64,000 nucleotides of DNA from Candidatus Omnitrophota bacterium (GTDB taxonomy: Bacteria > Omnitrophota > Gorgyraeia > JABMRG01 > JAFGKX01), in the NCBI GenBank assembly GCA_043797125.1, contig JAZDPX010000006.1, positions 6,921 through 70,920 of the forward strand, read 5' to 3'. A program made the position numbers and the translations under genes. Under the pieces are notes generated by a model, which searched no databases, was not told the DNA's origin, and saw only the letters and a program-made list of their open reading frames with translations. Of this stretch, positions 40,215-50,635 are shown in pieces. Within the stretch, counting starts at the first letter, position 1. Each line of letters begins with the position of its first letter.

Positions 40215-41867
40215 TCATTTATACACCGCTCCTGTTGACGCTGACTGCACCAATTTTGCGTATCTCGCTAAACAGCCTGATGTTATTTTCGGTTTCGCCG
40301 GTTTTAATTTTTTAAGGCGCGCGTCTAATTCAGCCTTCGCTATTTTAAGTTCTATTTTTCTTTTTGGTATGTCTATTCGAATATAGTCGTTGTCTTTAAT
40401 AACTGCGATAGGCCCGCCTGCCGCTGCTTCAGGAGATATGTGCCCTATGCACGGGCCCTGCGTTCCTCCTGAAAAACGGCCGTCTGTTATTAATGCGACT
40501 GACGAAGATAATCCCATGCCTACTATCGCCGATGTCGGAGAAAGCATCTCTCTCATGCCCGGACCGCCCTTCGGGCCTTCATACCTAATAACAATAACAG
40601 TGCCTTTTTTTATTTTACCATCCATAATGGCTTTCATGGCAGTTTCTTCGGAATCAAAACATTTCGCCTTTCCTGAAAAAGACATCATGCTGCTTCCGAC
40701 AGCGCTTTGCTTAACAACGCAGCCATCAGGCGCTAAATTGCCCTTTAACACAGCAATACCACCTGTCTTGTGATACGCCTTTGCAAGCGGCCTTATAACA
40801 TCGTCGTTGTAAATAATAGCTGACTTTGCAATATGCTTTATGCTTAAGCCGCTGACAGTCATGTTGTCCTTAAGTTTTCCTATTAACCTGTTAAGGCATC
40901 CCGGCACCCCGCCGGCATATTCCAGGTCCTCCATCATATAATCGCCGGCAGGCTGAATATTAGTTATATGCGGCGTATTTCTGCTTATTTTATCCATTTC
41001 ATCCAAAGATATTTCAATTCCTGCCTCATGCGCTATCGCGGGAATATGAAGCATTGTATTTGTGGAGCCGCCTAAAGCCATATCCATTAAAACCGCGTTG
41101 TGTATGGAATTTTTTGTCATTATCTTTCTTGCGGTAATGTTCTTTTTAACAAGCTCGACTATTCTCTCTCCGCTATCCTTGGCAATTCTTGTCTTTTTAG
41201 AAAAGTTTGCCAATGCGGTAGCGCATCCGGGCAAAGACATGCCCATTGCCTCGCTGACGCATGCCATGGTATTGGCTGTGTACAAACCCTGGCATGAACC
41301 TGCTCCCGGGCATGCGCATAGCTCAAGCTGCTCCATGTCATGCGCTGAGATTTGGCCCATTCTTCTTTTTGCCAACGCCTCAAACGTATCCCTTACTAAT
41401 GAACGCCGTATATTTTTATACATACCTGAATGCATAGGCCCTGCTGTAACAACTATCGCGGGAATATCAAGCCTTGCCGCTGCCATAAGCATGCCCGGAG
41501 TAATTTTATCGCAATTAGTAAGCAGAATGAGCCCATCCAGCGCATGCGCCATTGTCACTGCCTCTATGCAGTCAGCAATAAGCTCTCTTGTAATAAGGGA
41601 ATACTTCATTCCCGTATGCCCCATTGCTATGCCATCGCACACACCGGGTATGCCGAAGATAAACGGCTGGCCGCCGCCGGCATTTACACCGGCCTCAATA
41701 GAGCGCTCAAGCGCCCTCATGCCTATATGGCCTGGAATAAGGTCTGAAAAGCTTGAGGCAATGCCTATAAAAGGCTTAGCTATATCAGCCTTTCTTAACC
41801 CTGTAGCGTGTAAAAGCGCCCTGTTTGGCGCTCGTTCCAATCCGATTTTTGCGGTATCGCTTCTCAT
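40215..41867 (-). CDS. ilvD: Dihydroxy-acid dehydratase
   Basis: [47 protein letters not shown]; ATG at 41867 with GGAG SD. Confidence 0.97.
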   Translation of the reverse strand: MRSDTAKIGLERAPNRALLHATGLRKADIAKPFIGIASSFSDLIPGHIGMRALERSIEAGVNAGGGQPFIFGIPGVCDGIAMGHTGMKYSLITRELIADCIEAVTMAHALDGLILLTNCDKITPGMLMAAARLDIPAIVVTAGPMHSGMYKNIRRSLVRDTFEALAKRRMGQISAHDMEQLELCACPGAGSCQGLYTANTMACVSEAMGMSLPGCATALANFSKKTRIAKDSGERIVELVKKNITARKIMTKNSIHNAVLMDMALGGSTNTMLHIPAIAHEAGIEISLDEMDKISRNTPHITNIQPAGDYMMEDLEYAGGVPGCLNRLIGKLKDNMTVSGLSIKHIAKSAIIYNDDVIRPLAKAYHKTGGIAVLKGNLAPDGCVVKQSAVGSSMMSFSGKAKCFDSEETAMKAIMDGKIKKGTVIVIRYEGPKGGPGMREMLSPTSAIVGMGLSSSVALITDGRFSGGTQGPCIGHISPEAAAGGPIAVIKDNDYIRIDIPKRKIELKIAKAELDARLKKLKPAKPKITSGCLARYAKLVQSASTGAVYK

Positions 41868-41880
41868 GGTTATTCTCCGG

Positions 41881-41976
41881 TTTACGCAGATTATCACAGA
41901 TAAAAAAATACAGGATGATCACAGATATTATATCTGCGATCATCTGCTTCTTTCAATCTGCGATCATCTGTGTTTT
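41881..41976. repeat. CAGATGATCGCAGAT-type palindromic element, copy 4 (opposite orientation)
   Basis: Same units, lying in the ilvD 5' UTR. Confidence 0.88.
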
Positions 41977-42000
41977 CTCTAATATAATACTTAGGGTTAG

Positions 42001-42028
42001 ATTATAGCACACGATTTTTTGATGTCAA
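42001..42028 (-). promoter_or_regulatory. Consensus promoter of the ilvD operon (TTGACA-16-TATAAT)
   Basis: Perfect hexamers plus extended TG. Confidence 0.75.
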
Positions 42029-42052
42029 CTATTTTACGTAAAACCCCCGTAT

Positions 42053-42212
42053 AGCAAAGGCCTGTGGTAATTCGAGCAGGGCTTGCGAGGCCGAAGCGGG
42101 CATGGTTCGCCCTTGTTTCAATACAGGCGAGAGCGAAGGCCGAGGTCAGAGCGCAAAAATCCACGCTGGGGATTTTTGCGCGTCCCTGCGAGAATTGCCA
42201 CAGGCCTTTGCT
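42053..42212 (+). repeat. Structured MITE/REP-like element, family A, copy 2
   Basis: TIR AGCAAAGGCCTGTGG(T/C)AATTC; homologous to 7219-7406. Confidence 0.85.
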
Positions 42213-42242
42213 TTGCAGATCTCTCTTTTGTAAGAATGACAG

Positions 42243-42285
42243 CCGGGGCCTTGAAATTTTAGAAAACATAGTGTATATTTATAGT
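42243..42285 (+). promoter_or_regulatory. Sigma70-like promoter (TTGAAA-17-TATATT)
   Basis: 35/43 identical to 6868-6910; precedes a short terminator-bounded unit. Confidence 0.6.
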
Positions 42286-42377
42286 ACAAGATTAAGAAAG
42301 GGAGGGTAGCCAAGTAGCGAAAGCTATCTAGGTTTACAACCTAAAGTAAAGCCTCCGATATTTCGGGGGCTTTTTTT
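42286..42377 (+). ncRNA. Candidate ~90-nt small RNA
   Basis: Promoter upstream, hairpins TAGC-GAAA-GCTA and TAGGTT-TAC-AACCTA, intrinsic terminator, no ATG/GTG start. Confidence 0.45.
42348..42377 (+). terminator. Rho-independent terminator
   Basis: AAAGCCTCCGA-TATT-TCGGGGGCTTT followed by a T run. Confidence 0.8.
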
Positions 42378-42418
42378 ATTTGCTTGGATTCTATGCAAAA
42401 ATATGCTATATTAAAAAA

Positions 42419-43504
42419 ATGAACGACTCCGAGCTAATGTATGGCAAAGGCACATATTTGCTGCTGTTTTGCTTGATATTTGTAATTGCGCTCGGTGCTG
42501 TCCTCTACAGCTTACAATATATCACCTATAACATAAGAGGCAACGAAGGCTGTTACTTAAAATATGCCGCGTTTATCAAAGATAACGGCATTGCTAAGTT
42601 TCCTACCCTTTACGAGTTTTTACTGGAAAATGAAAAAGGCCGCGCTTATCCTTCTTTGTTAAGGCTTGGCTTTGTGCTTTTGTGTTCTTTCTGGATCAGG
42701 GTATTCGGGCAGACGTTTTCAGCTCTTTCGTCTTTGTCTGTTTTTAGCTACTGCCTGCTTCTTGTAATATGTTATTACTTCTCTAAAAAGCATTTCAGCG
42801 ACAAAATTGCCCTCTGGTTTACAATGCTTGTGGCGTTTTCTCCTTTAAATATGTATATGGCAAGGCGCGCTTTACCGGATAGCACCGCTACCATGCTTTT
42901 TTCTCTCGCTATATGGGCCTTTTATGATTTAGTGAAAAAGAAAACCCCCGTTAAATACCTCATATTCGGTTTGGCTCTTTCAAACGCCATATTAATAAAA
43001 GAACCCGCTGTCATTTTATCTCTAGCCTTTTCTTTATACCTTTTATATATGATCTTCTATATGAAAAAAGGCTTTTATATAAAAGGCTGGATGTACACAA
43101 GCCTGTTACTGCTTCTTATCGTCGGGGTATTGTATCTTATAAGTACGGGCGGCTTTGTCTTGTTTTCGCCTTGGGTATTTACTCTCGCGGTGGGCTTTAT
43201 GCTGTATTCTATATTAAGAAAACGCCTGGATGAAAAGGTAATGTATTTTTTATTTATCTTTATTTTTGTCCTGGCATTTTTGTGCAGCGGTATTTTTACA
43301 TCAAACATCAGGCATATTGTTGTTCTTGATATGCTCTTGAGGATCTTTTTTGTATTGATGCTTAAAGAGCTGTTTGAAACCTATACCCCCAAGTATTCAA
43401 ATACGCTTATATCGGTCGTTGTCATTACAATATCCGTCTTCGGCTATCTGGCCTTTATGGAATTATTTTTTGCAAAAGGCATATATGACCCTATGAGCTT
43501 TTAG
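42419..43504 (+). CDS. ArnT/PMT-like (GT-C) multi-pass membrane glycosyltransferase
   Basis: Multi-TM; NEGCY, YPSLLRLGF, AFSPLNMYMARRALPDS, LIKEPA. ATG lies 6 nt after a TATATT -10, suggesting a leaderless transcript. Confidence 0.7.
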   Translation: MNDSELMYGKGTYLLLFCLIFVIALGAVLYSLQYITYNIRGNEGCYLKYAAFIKDNGIAKFPTLYEFLLENEKGRAYPSLLRLGFVLLCSFWIRVFGQTFSALSSLSVFSYCLLLVICYYFSKKHFSDKIALWFTMLVAFSPLNMYMARRALPDSTATMLFSLAIWAFYDLVKKKTPVKYLIFGLALSNAILIKEPAVILSLAFSLYLLYMIFYMKKGFYIKGWMYTSLLLLLIVGVLYLISTGGFVLFSPWVFTLAVGFMLYSILRKRLDEKVMYFLFIFIFVLAFLCSGIFTSNIRHIVVLDMLLRIFFVLMLKELFETYTPKYSNTLISVVVITISVFGYLAFMELFFAKGIYDPMSF

Positions 43505-43521
43505 TGTTTATTTTCTTATAA

Positions 43522-45771
43522 TCATAAAAAACGCTTGAAAGACTTTAAAAACCAAAAGCCCAAAATAAGGAAAAGCCCTGCAAAATAAAAGATGAGGCTC
43601 GCTATATAGAATCCCGGTTCATAAATGAACTGAACTCGGTGAGTCCCTTTTTCCATCACAATAGATTTAAAAGCCAAATTTGCTTTGTAGACTTTTTGTC
43701 TTTGCTCATCGATAAAAACCTTCCAGTCTTTATCAAAACCATCGCTGTAAAAAAGAAAACAGTCCTCGAGACAATGCACATCCATAAGTATTTCATTCGG
43801 TCCAAACCGTATAACCTCTATTTCGCCTTCTTTGGTGCTAAGATTCTGAATATCGTCCCGAGAGACAAGAATCAAATGAGAATATTTTAATGGCAGGGCC
43901 TCTTCAAGAAAAACAACTTTTTCCAAAATCGCAGAATCAGCTTTTTCCAACTCCACAACTATTACAGGCTGGGGCAACACAACGGCCTTGGGGACAAGGC
44001 GTAACTTCGGGGCCGAAATACCCATCAGGTCAGACTTAACACTAAAAGAAATCCGTTGATTATTAAAAAAATAAAAAAAATTTTTCATTTCATAAAAATG
44101 CGTTGTCACCCAAGGTATATTTGTACTATAGGCCGCATCTTTCTTAAGCATAGCCGGCGAAAAAGCATAAAAAGGGTATTCGGGGCTTATGAAGGCAATT
44201 CTTTTATCCCGGTATACAAAGTCCGTTGGTTGAGTGACGGCATCCTGTCTTCTTGGCATTGTAACAAAAGACAAGACAACTTGGTGAAATAGGGACAAGT
44301 CAACAAAAATAAACAATATAAGAAAAAAAACTTTTAAGGACATTCGGATTTGCGGCTTTGTAAAGGCAAAGAATATTATCGAACTACCTAAAATAAATAT
44401 ACAGGAATTTACATCTGATTGATAAAACAATGGTTCTAAAAAGGACGTGAGAGCTTTTGTTGTAATAGTAGCATAATCCTTAAGAATATTGTATGGAGTA
44501 ATAATGAGAGGATAAACACGAATAAGCTGTCTGTTGGCCAAAATTGCGAAATAACCGATTCCGATAACGATAAGATAAATGGGGCGGATAAAACTATTTA
44601 TTTGCGATAAAAAAGTTTTTTCAAAAAAAATATCTAGGCCAAAACACTCCAAAACGATTAAACAAAAAATAAAAAAAGGGCCAAACGTAAGAGTATTACG
44701 GATAGCGGAAAAAAAAGGCAGAATCTTGCAGCACAAGGTAAAGAGATGCGTGTTATCATTCAACATGATTAAGGCAATGACAACGCAAGCAAAGGCGAAT
44801 CCCCGTTTATAGGGATGGTGGGAATAAATCAAGCCTATACAAACAAAAACCAGAGGAATTAACCCTATATAAAGAAAAGATTCTGACATAAAATGCCAGT
44901 TAAAAAAATGGAGGGCAAAAGAATAAGGAATAAATAGGTTCAAAAAGTCAGCAAAAAAAGCGGGCGCAGCCAAGGGGGCTTCAAATAAACGCGAAGTGGG
45001 CACAACATCATTTTTGTATGTGAGGTAAACAACAAAAATATTTAATGTCAAAAGGCATAAGTAAAATAAAGCCCCCAGCACATAAATAATCCCTTTTTTA
45101 AAAGCGAAAACCTTTCTGACAGAAAGCCCCTTTGTTAAAAAAAGGCAAGCCAGGACAACAGCTAAAGATAAAATGACGTAGGCTCCGTGATAAGAAGAAA
45201 GGGCAATCCCGGAAAAAAAAGTCAAATAAACAAGAAACCTCAGGCGGTATTCCGTTAAAAATTTTAAAGTAGACCACAAAATCCAAGGAAATAAATAAGA
45301 AGATAAAATTAAGGAATTTTGTTTTAAATAGGCGGTGGCCAAAGAAGAAAAAGACAAACTCACAAAAGCGATTACGGCGCTGAGCCTGTATTTTGCAACG
45401 GAAAGAAAAAACGTATAGGCTCCGGCGATAAAAATCATATAACGCAGGAACAGGTCAAAATGATAAATAGTCAGGAAATCTAACCTGAAAACCTTGGCGG
45501 CTAATATCAAAAGGAGAACTTGAGGGTCCAAAAGATGAAGAATATTGATATTTAAAAAGAAGGCCTCGCCGCAGTTCATAAAAGGGTTCCAAAAAGGAAA
45601 AATTCCATGAAGCAAGCTATCCGCAAAATAAGCAAATACGCCGTACCATATAATGGTATCGTGGGTTGCCATCAGCTCCTTTGTCACAAGCAAGCCCCTC
45701 TGCAAAAGAAATAGAGTCGCTCCTACGGCCAGGGCCACGGCCCATGTTTTTATTTGCTGGATTTTTTTCAT
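43522..45771 (-). CDS. YfhO-like GT-C membrane glycosyltransferase
   Basis: PFWNPFMNCGEAF, ESFLYIG; C-terminal SDGFDKDWKVFID...ANLAFKSI...GTHRVQFIYEP. Confidence 0.8.
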   Translation of the reverse strand: MKKIQQIKTWAVALAVGATLFLLQRGLLVTKELMATHDTIIWYGVFAYFADSLLHGIFPFWNPFMNCGEAFFLNINILHLLDPQVLLLILAAKVFRLDFLTIYHFDLFLRYMIFIAGAYTFFLSVAKYRLSAVIAFVSLSFSSLATAYLKQNSLILSSYLFPWILWSTLKFLTEYRLRFLVYLTFFSGIALSSYHGAYVILSLAVVLACLFLTKGLSVRKVFAFKKGIIYVLGALFYLCLLTLNIFVVYLTYKNDVVPTSRLFEAPLAAPAFFADFLNLFIPYSFALHFFNWHFMSESFLYIGLIPLVFVCIGLIYSHHPYKRGFAFACVVIALIMLNDNTHLFTLCCKILPFFSAIRNTLTFGPFFIFCLIVLECFGLDIFFEKTFLSQINSFIRPIYLIVIGIGYFAILANRQLIRVYPLIITPYNILKDYATITTKALTSFLEPLFYQSDVNSCIFILGSSIIFFAFTKPQIRMSLKVFFLILFIFVDLSLFHQVVLSFVTMPRRQDAVTQPTDFVYRDKRIAFISPEYPFYAFSPAMLKKDAAYSTNIPWVTTHFYEMKNFFYFFNNQRISFSVKSDLMGISAPKLRLVPKAVVLPQPVIVVELEKADSAILEKVVFLEEALPLKYSHLILVSRDDIQNLSTKEGEIEVIRFGPNEILMDVHCLEDCFLFYSDGFDKDWKVFIDEQRQKVYKANLAFKSIVMEKGTHRVQFIYEPGFYIASLIFYFAGLFLILGFWFLKSFKRFL

Positions 45772-45774
45772 CGC

Positions 45775-46642
45775 CTAAAAATCTTTTACCTCGACGGAAG
45801 TATGGCCAAACTGCTGGAATCGGTTTGTCTTGACTTTTACATCGCAGGGATTGCAGTGGCCAAAAAGCAGGCATTCTCTGAACTTATCATCAACCTGAAA
45901 ATCGGGATCGCATATGTGGCCGATAGGATCAAGGCCCGTATAAAGATCCGCATGACAGCGAAATATATGGCCGGCGCTATCCATTAATAGCTCTGTCGTG
46001 CGGCATAAAACAGCTTTCTTAAACTTCTTGTCGCAGGCACCATTGTACCTGTAGTTGCCGTATAACTTACCTTGAAACTCTCCTAAAAATTCTTTTTCGC
46101 GGAAATCTATACCCAATTTTAAACATTTCTCCCTGGCGCTGACAATGGCGTTCTTATGAGAGGGGTGCGTTACTACCCAGATACCAATGCTAAAATGCGC
46201 GTCTTGCATCCGGAGGACTTTGGCGACTAAATCGTTGAAATCCATTGTTTCGGGATGATAACTGACACGGATAGACGCATAAGGCGCTTTCCTCCTGATG
46301 CGTTGTGGGCTGACTTTCTTGATGAATTCCTTTATATCGAACTGCAGATTGGTCAAGATATCAATATTTAACTCGGGTTTAAGATTATTAATTATATAGA
46401 TAAAATCAGGGTGCAGGCTCGGCTCGCCTCCCTGCAGGGTAACCGGTAAATCGTCCCTTGATATGATGCGGTTTAGCCCTTTAACCCACTCTTGGCCTGA
46501 CATAATCGGGCGTTTGATAGCACTCTGCTGAAAATAATTGATGCAATAACTACACTTTAGATTACACGCAAACGTCAAAAAAAAATGCAATATAATTGTA
46601 GCGAGACGGAATATGTATAGGTTTAAGATTCTCCGAAGCCAT
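45775..46642 (-). CDS. Radical SAM protein with an apparent frameshift in a 5' T9 tract
   Basis: CNLKCSYC, QGGEP, LTN, C-terminal Cys cluster. The ATG at 46642 is out of frame by one base because of A9 at 46577-46585. Confidence 0.8.
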
Positions 46643-46665
46643 AACAAAACTCTCTCTTATGAGGT

Positions 46666-47196
46666 TTAATAAAATTCGCTTTTCTTACCCAAAAGGATTA
46701 TTTTTAACAAAACGATTACTTTGGCTGCCCACAACAGGACCGGTTGGCCGATATAGAATGCGTTGTCCTTGACAATCACTTGTCTGTTCTTTAACAAGCG
46801 CGAAAGCCTGCGCTCAACAATTTCCTGGGCGTTATAACGTTTCAATAGTTGAGCCAAAACAAGGCCCTCGGGAGATGCCCTAAGCTCTATTAGAATCCTG
46901 ATGCGCCTGGCTGTCTCGCCCAAATTAATAAAATTAAAATAACAATAAGACAGCGAAATATACGTAATCACATGGACCGCAGTTGCGGCCGCCTGCTTAT
47001 GCCATGCGATAGAATTTAAAAACAAAAAAAAGAAATCAAATAAAAAAATGCATGCCAGCCCGACACCAAAACCCAGAAAAATAGATTTAAGCATGCCAAA
47101 TTTGCTAACAAGCCGATAAGCGCATATTTGACTTATGCTATTCACCGCCAAAGCTATAACAGGAATAACCGTAACAAGATAATTTTTCATAGCCAA
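46666..47196 (-). CDS. Small membrane protein (3 TM plus soluble C-terminal domain)
   Basis: Hydrophobic N-half; tightly packed in the operon. Confidence 0.8.
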   Translation of the reverse strand: MAMKNYLVTVIPVIALAVNSISQICAYRLVSKFGMLKSIFLGFGVGLACIFLFDFFFLFLNSIAWHKQAAATAVHVITYISLSYCYFNFINLGETARRIRILIELRASPEGLVLAQLLKRYNAQEIVERRLSRLLKNRQVIVKDNAFYIGQPVLLWAAKVIVLLKIILLGKKSEFY

Positions 47197-47198
47197 CG

Positions 47199-47681
47199 CT
47201 ACCCGCCTTTGGGCGCCTTGAGCAAACGGCGAAAGTTAATAAAAATATCTGCCAATAAAACCCCTTTTGGCGTCGGGCGGTATAGCCCCTTATCAAGAAC
47301 AACCATTCCGTCCTTAACTAAATCGTTTAAACGCGGCAGCACGAGCAGCTCATCCGAAAACCCGGCATAAAATTCTTCTTTTGTAAGGCCCAGGGGATAT
47401 GCCTTAGCAATATCCAGGATCATAATAAGCGATGGGCTATCCACCTCAATCGCCGAATAAGAGACTATATAAGCCAATGCCAAGGATGAATAGAACAAAA
47501 CAAGCTGAAAACAGAATGCGGGGTCTTTTCTGAAGCACCATATGCCGACGGATAAAACGCCGAAAAAAATAATTAATAAAACTTTCGTGTGATTTTTTCG
47601 CGGCAGGTAAACTTTCCATATTAGGAAGTGGATTCCGAAAGAAAAAAGAAAAAGAATTGTCCCGTAAATTAAAACCGACAT
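47199..47681 (-). CDS. Small membrane protein (3 TM plus soluble C-terminal domain)
   Basis: Same architecture as its neighbour at 46666-47196. Confidence 0.8.
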   Translation of the reverse strand: MSVLIYGTILFLFSFGIHFLIWKVYLPRKNHTKVLLIIFFGVLSVGIWCFRKDPAFCFQLVLFYSSLALAYIVSYSAIEVDSPSLIMILDIAKAYPLGLTKEEFYAGFSDELLVLPRLNDLVKDGMVVLDKGLYRPTPKGVLLADIFINFRRLLKAPKGG

Positions 47682-47697
47682 TTTGATGCCTTTAACG

Positions 47698-48801
47698 TTA
47701 AATAAAATTTATATGTTTCGGCGGTCTGCCCAAAGGCGCATCCATACAGACATCTTGGTGCTTTAAATCCCATAAAAATTCATTCACTTTATGCTGAAGG
47801 CACAACGTGCCACACATGCATCGTGCGTCAAATTCATCGGAGCCTATGAGGCGCAGCACTTCCCGGTAGCGCTCGCTCTTCCAGATTTCTTTAAAAGATT
47901 TTTCTGTAATATTACCTATATGATATTTTGAGTATCTCTTGTTAAACAACATGCCGCAAGGCGCCACAAGACCTGACCCTGAAAACTGCATAATAAACGC
48001 AGGCCCGTAACAACGGGTGTAGCGGCGTTTTCCGCTGCTTAGGATCTTTGACCATTTCACCGCGACTTCATAACCTTCGCTGGAAATTTTTTGGGCCTCT
48101 TTTAAAATACCCTCGCATTGTTCATATTTTAAATAATCAACACCTAAAGACCCTTTTTCATCGTCGCTACAATGTTTGAAAATCGTATAATCGACCCCCA
48201 GTTCCCTGCCCAGTTTGGCCAACGGTATCACTTGATCAGAAAATGCCGGCAGGAAAACCATCTGAAGTCCGATCGTAACATCTAATTTTAGATTTTTCTT
48301 GATTTGAACGCACTCTCGGATAATGCTGCAGACCTTCTCATAGCAAGAGATGCTGCAACCATGAATCTCTGCGTAGCGTTTTGCTTTAGCCGCGGACATA
48401 TTAAAACGTATATAGGTAAGGGCGGGTAAAATCTCAACCAGCCTCTCTTCTTTTAGAAGGTAACCGTTGGTTCCGACGGCTATATCAAGGCCGTTTGCCT
48501 TACCTCGTAAGATGGCATCGTAAAAATGCGGCGAGCATGTGCTTTCTCCGTCGCTGACAAAGCTGATTGCCTTAACGCCGATTTCGGCCGCATCATCCAA
48601 AAATCTAAAGATGGCGTCCTTGGTCATCTTTTTCTCATCATTAGCCTGCAGCATGCCGTAACAGTAAATGCATCTATACGTGCAGCGGCGCGTTAAGGCG
48701 CAATCTATCGTGACCGGTGCGATGCGCTCGCCTTTTAACCAAGCATCTACGCGCTCTTTATGCCACGCTAATTTTTGTCCATCAAGAATTAAATCGCTCA
48801 A
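47698..48801 (-). CDS. Radical SAM protein with SPASM/twitch domain
   Basis: CTYRCIYC, DGES, TNG; CYGP...APCG...IGNI...CMCGTLC. Confidence 0.9.
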   Translation of the reverse strand: MSDLILDGQKLAWHKERVDAWLKGERIAPVTIDCALTRRCTYRCIYCYGMLQANDEKKMTKDAIFRFLDDAAEIGVKAISFVSDGESTCSPHFYDAILRGKANGLDIAVGTNGYLLKEERLVEILPALTYIRFNMSAAKAKRYAEIHGCSISCYEKVCSIIRECVQIKKNLKLDVTIGLQMVFLPAFSDQVIPLAKLGRELGVDYTIFKHCSDDEKGSLGVDYLKYEQCEGILKEAQKISSEGYEVAVKWSKILSSGKRRYTRCYGPAFIMQFSGSGLVAPCGMLFNKRYSKYHIGNITEKSFKEIWKSERYREVLRLIGSDEFDARCMCGTLCLQHKVNEFLWDLKHQDVCMDAPLGRPPKHINFI

Positions 48802-48819
48802 TTATAACCTAATGATGCC

Positions 48820-49599
48820 TTAAAAATTTTTCCTTCTTGCCGCTGTTTGGGAATCGCTGTGAAATTTAGACGTAGAGTCAAATTTTTCTTTTCGCAAGGA
48901 AAAATCTTTCAGCAACCTTAAATAGCCCCTGACAACCTGAAAAAATGACGGAAAGCTCACGGCTTTTGAAACTCCTTTATTCCTGACTCTTACCCTGTAA
49001 GGGACCTCGGCAAAAAGATATCCTTTTTTGACTAACCTGATCAAGATATCCGTCTGAAAAAAGAAACCGCTGGAGTAGACATTCGATTCTTTGAGAATAG
49101 ATTTTCTATAAAGGATGGTGCCGTTAGTATAATTAAAATTCACAAAAAAAGTCGTGTTGATTATAAAACGAAACAAATATGAAAGCGCGTTTCTAAAAAT
49201 AGACCTGACCTCCCTGTTAAAAAGAAATGGTATAACGATATCCACATGCTCCAAGAGCTTGTAATATCGCAAAATTTCTTGAGGATCGTTTTCATTATCC
49301 CCTGGCAGCATAACGATAAAATTGCCTGTAGCTGCATCGACACCCTCCCAGAAAGAAGCGCCGAGGCCCTGTGGCTTAAGATGTTTAAGGATTACTATCT
49401 TCTCGGGATGCTCTCGCGCTTTCTCTTCTGCTATTGCCTGCGTGCGGTCAGCGCTGCCATCATTAATCACAATAATTTCGCCAATAATCCCAAAAATCTC
49501 AAAGGCTTCCAGGGTATCCTTGATAGCCCCTAAAATATTGTGTTCTTCATTAAGGGCCGGCATTATAACGCTCAGCTTATTCCTTTTCTCTGTATTCAA
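48820..49599 (-). CDS. GT2 glycosyltransferase (polyprenol-phosphate glycosyltransferase-like)
   Basis: SVIMPALNEE, INDGSADRT, GLG, LPGDNE, FAEVP. Confidence 0.88.
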   Translation of the reverse strand: MNTEKRNKLSVIMPALNEEHNILGAIKDTLEAFEIFGIIGEIIVINDGSADRTQAIAEEKAREHPEKIVILKHLKPQGLGASFWEGVDAATGNFIVMLPGDNENDPQEILRYYKLLEHVDIVIPFLFNREVRSIFRNALSYLFRFIINTTFFVNFNYTNGTILYRKSILKESNVYSSGFFFQTDILIRLVKKGYLFAEVPYRVRVRNKGVSKAVSFPSFFQVVRGYLRLLKDFSLRKEKFDSTSKFHSDSQTAARRKNF

Positions 49600-50633
49600 A
49601 ACATCTCCTTAACAGACTTGACTATGTCCGTCGCGTTGCGATAAAATGCATCTTCCAGCACCGGGCTGCAAGGCGTGGGCGTATCGGGAAGAGCAACTGT
49701 GCGGATGCCAGATTTAAGATAAGGTCTTATTTTATTGAAAAGGCGCCCTGCCAGAATTTCTGCAGCGCCTGAACTTTGCCAGCCCAGGTCGGCAATCACT
49801 AAACGGCCTGTTTTCTTAACTGATCCTATTACAATATCCTCATCTAATGGATTGAGTGCGCGTAAATCTATAATTTCAATATCGATGCCATCCTGCTTTA
49901 ATACACCAGCAGCTTTCTGGGCCTCCGACACCATTAAAGACAGTGCGACAACCGTCGCATCGCTGCCGGATTTTCTTATGAATCCTTTCCCGATAGGAAT
50001 CAAATATTCGTTTTTTGGAACATGTTGACGCATATCGTAAAGCCAGCGATGTTCAATAAAGACAACAGGATTATTATCGGCGATGCTAGCCAGTAATAAT
50101 CCCTTGGCATCATAAGCGCATGACGGCATAACAACCTTTAGTCCCGGCATATGCATGAATAAAGCGTGAAGGCTCTGGGAGTGCTGAGCTGCCGAACCCC
50201 AGCCTCTACCGATAAGTGCGCGTATAACTAAAGGGACACGCACTTTTCCACCGGACATATAACAAAACTTCGCCGCGTGGTTCAAGATCTGGTCAAAAGA
50301 CAAAGGAATAAAATCCATTCTCATGTGCACAAGAACCGGCCTCATGCCGGCAAGGGCCGCCCCTGTTACAAAACCTGTAAGTGCGTTTTCTGCTATTGGC
50401 GTATCAAAAACCCTACCCTTAAATTCTTTGTGCAGGTTAAGCGTTGAACCAAAAACCCCTCCCGGATCATCTACGCCCTCCCCCATAACAAAAACATTTG
50501 CATCTTTTTTTAATGCCTGAAAAAGGGCTTCTCGTAAGGCCTCCGCATAAGACAATGGCCTTGCCCCTTTTGGCGGCTGGCCTTGTGATAAATCTTCAAC
50601 GGCATTATCAACGGCAATCTTTGTCCATGGCAT
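49596..50633 (-). CDS. TPP-dependent 2-oxoacid/acetoin dehydrogenase E1 beta-like subunit
   Basis: GGVFG, RVFDTPIAEN, DQILNHAAK, QHSQS, NPVVFIEHR, IDLR, SVKKTGRL. Confidence 0.92.
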   Translation of the reverse strand: MPWTKIAVDNAVEDLSQGQPPKGARPLSYAEALREALFQALKKDANVFVMGEGVDDPGGVFGSTLNLHKEFKGRVFDTPIAENALTGFVTGAALAGMRPVLVHMRMDFIPLSFDQILNHAAKFCYMSGGKVRVPLVIRALIGRGWGSAAQHSQSLHALFMHMPGLKVVMPSCAYDAKGLLLASIADNNPVVFIEHRWLYDMRQHVPKNEYLIPIGKGFIRKSGSDATVVALSLMVSEAQKAAGVLKQDGIDIEIIDLRALNPLDEDIVIGSVKKTGRLVIADLGWQSSGAAEILAGRLFNKIRPYLKSGIRTVALPDTPTPCSPVLEDAFYRNATDIVKSVKEMF

Positions 50634-50635
50634 GA

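Noticed and set aside
41062-41982. 306-aa plus-strand ORF and similar long antisense ORFs (e.g. 32691-33500, 35779-36393)
   Set aside because: They mirror conserved genes (ilvD, aroC, leuA) and show no recognisable motifs.
42300-42345. tRNA-like start GGGAGGGTAGCCAAGT
   Set aside because: No T-arm, no acceptor complement and no CCA.
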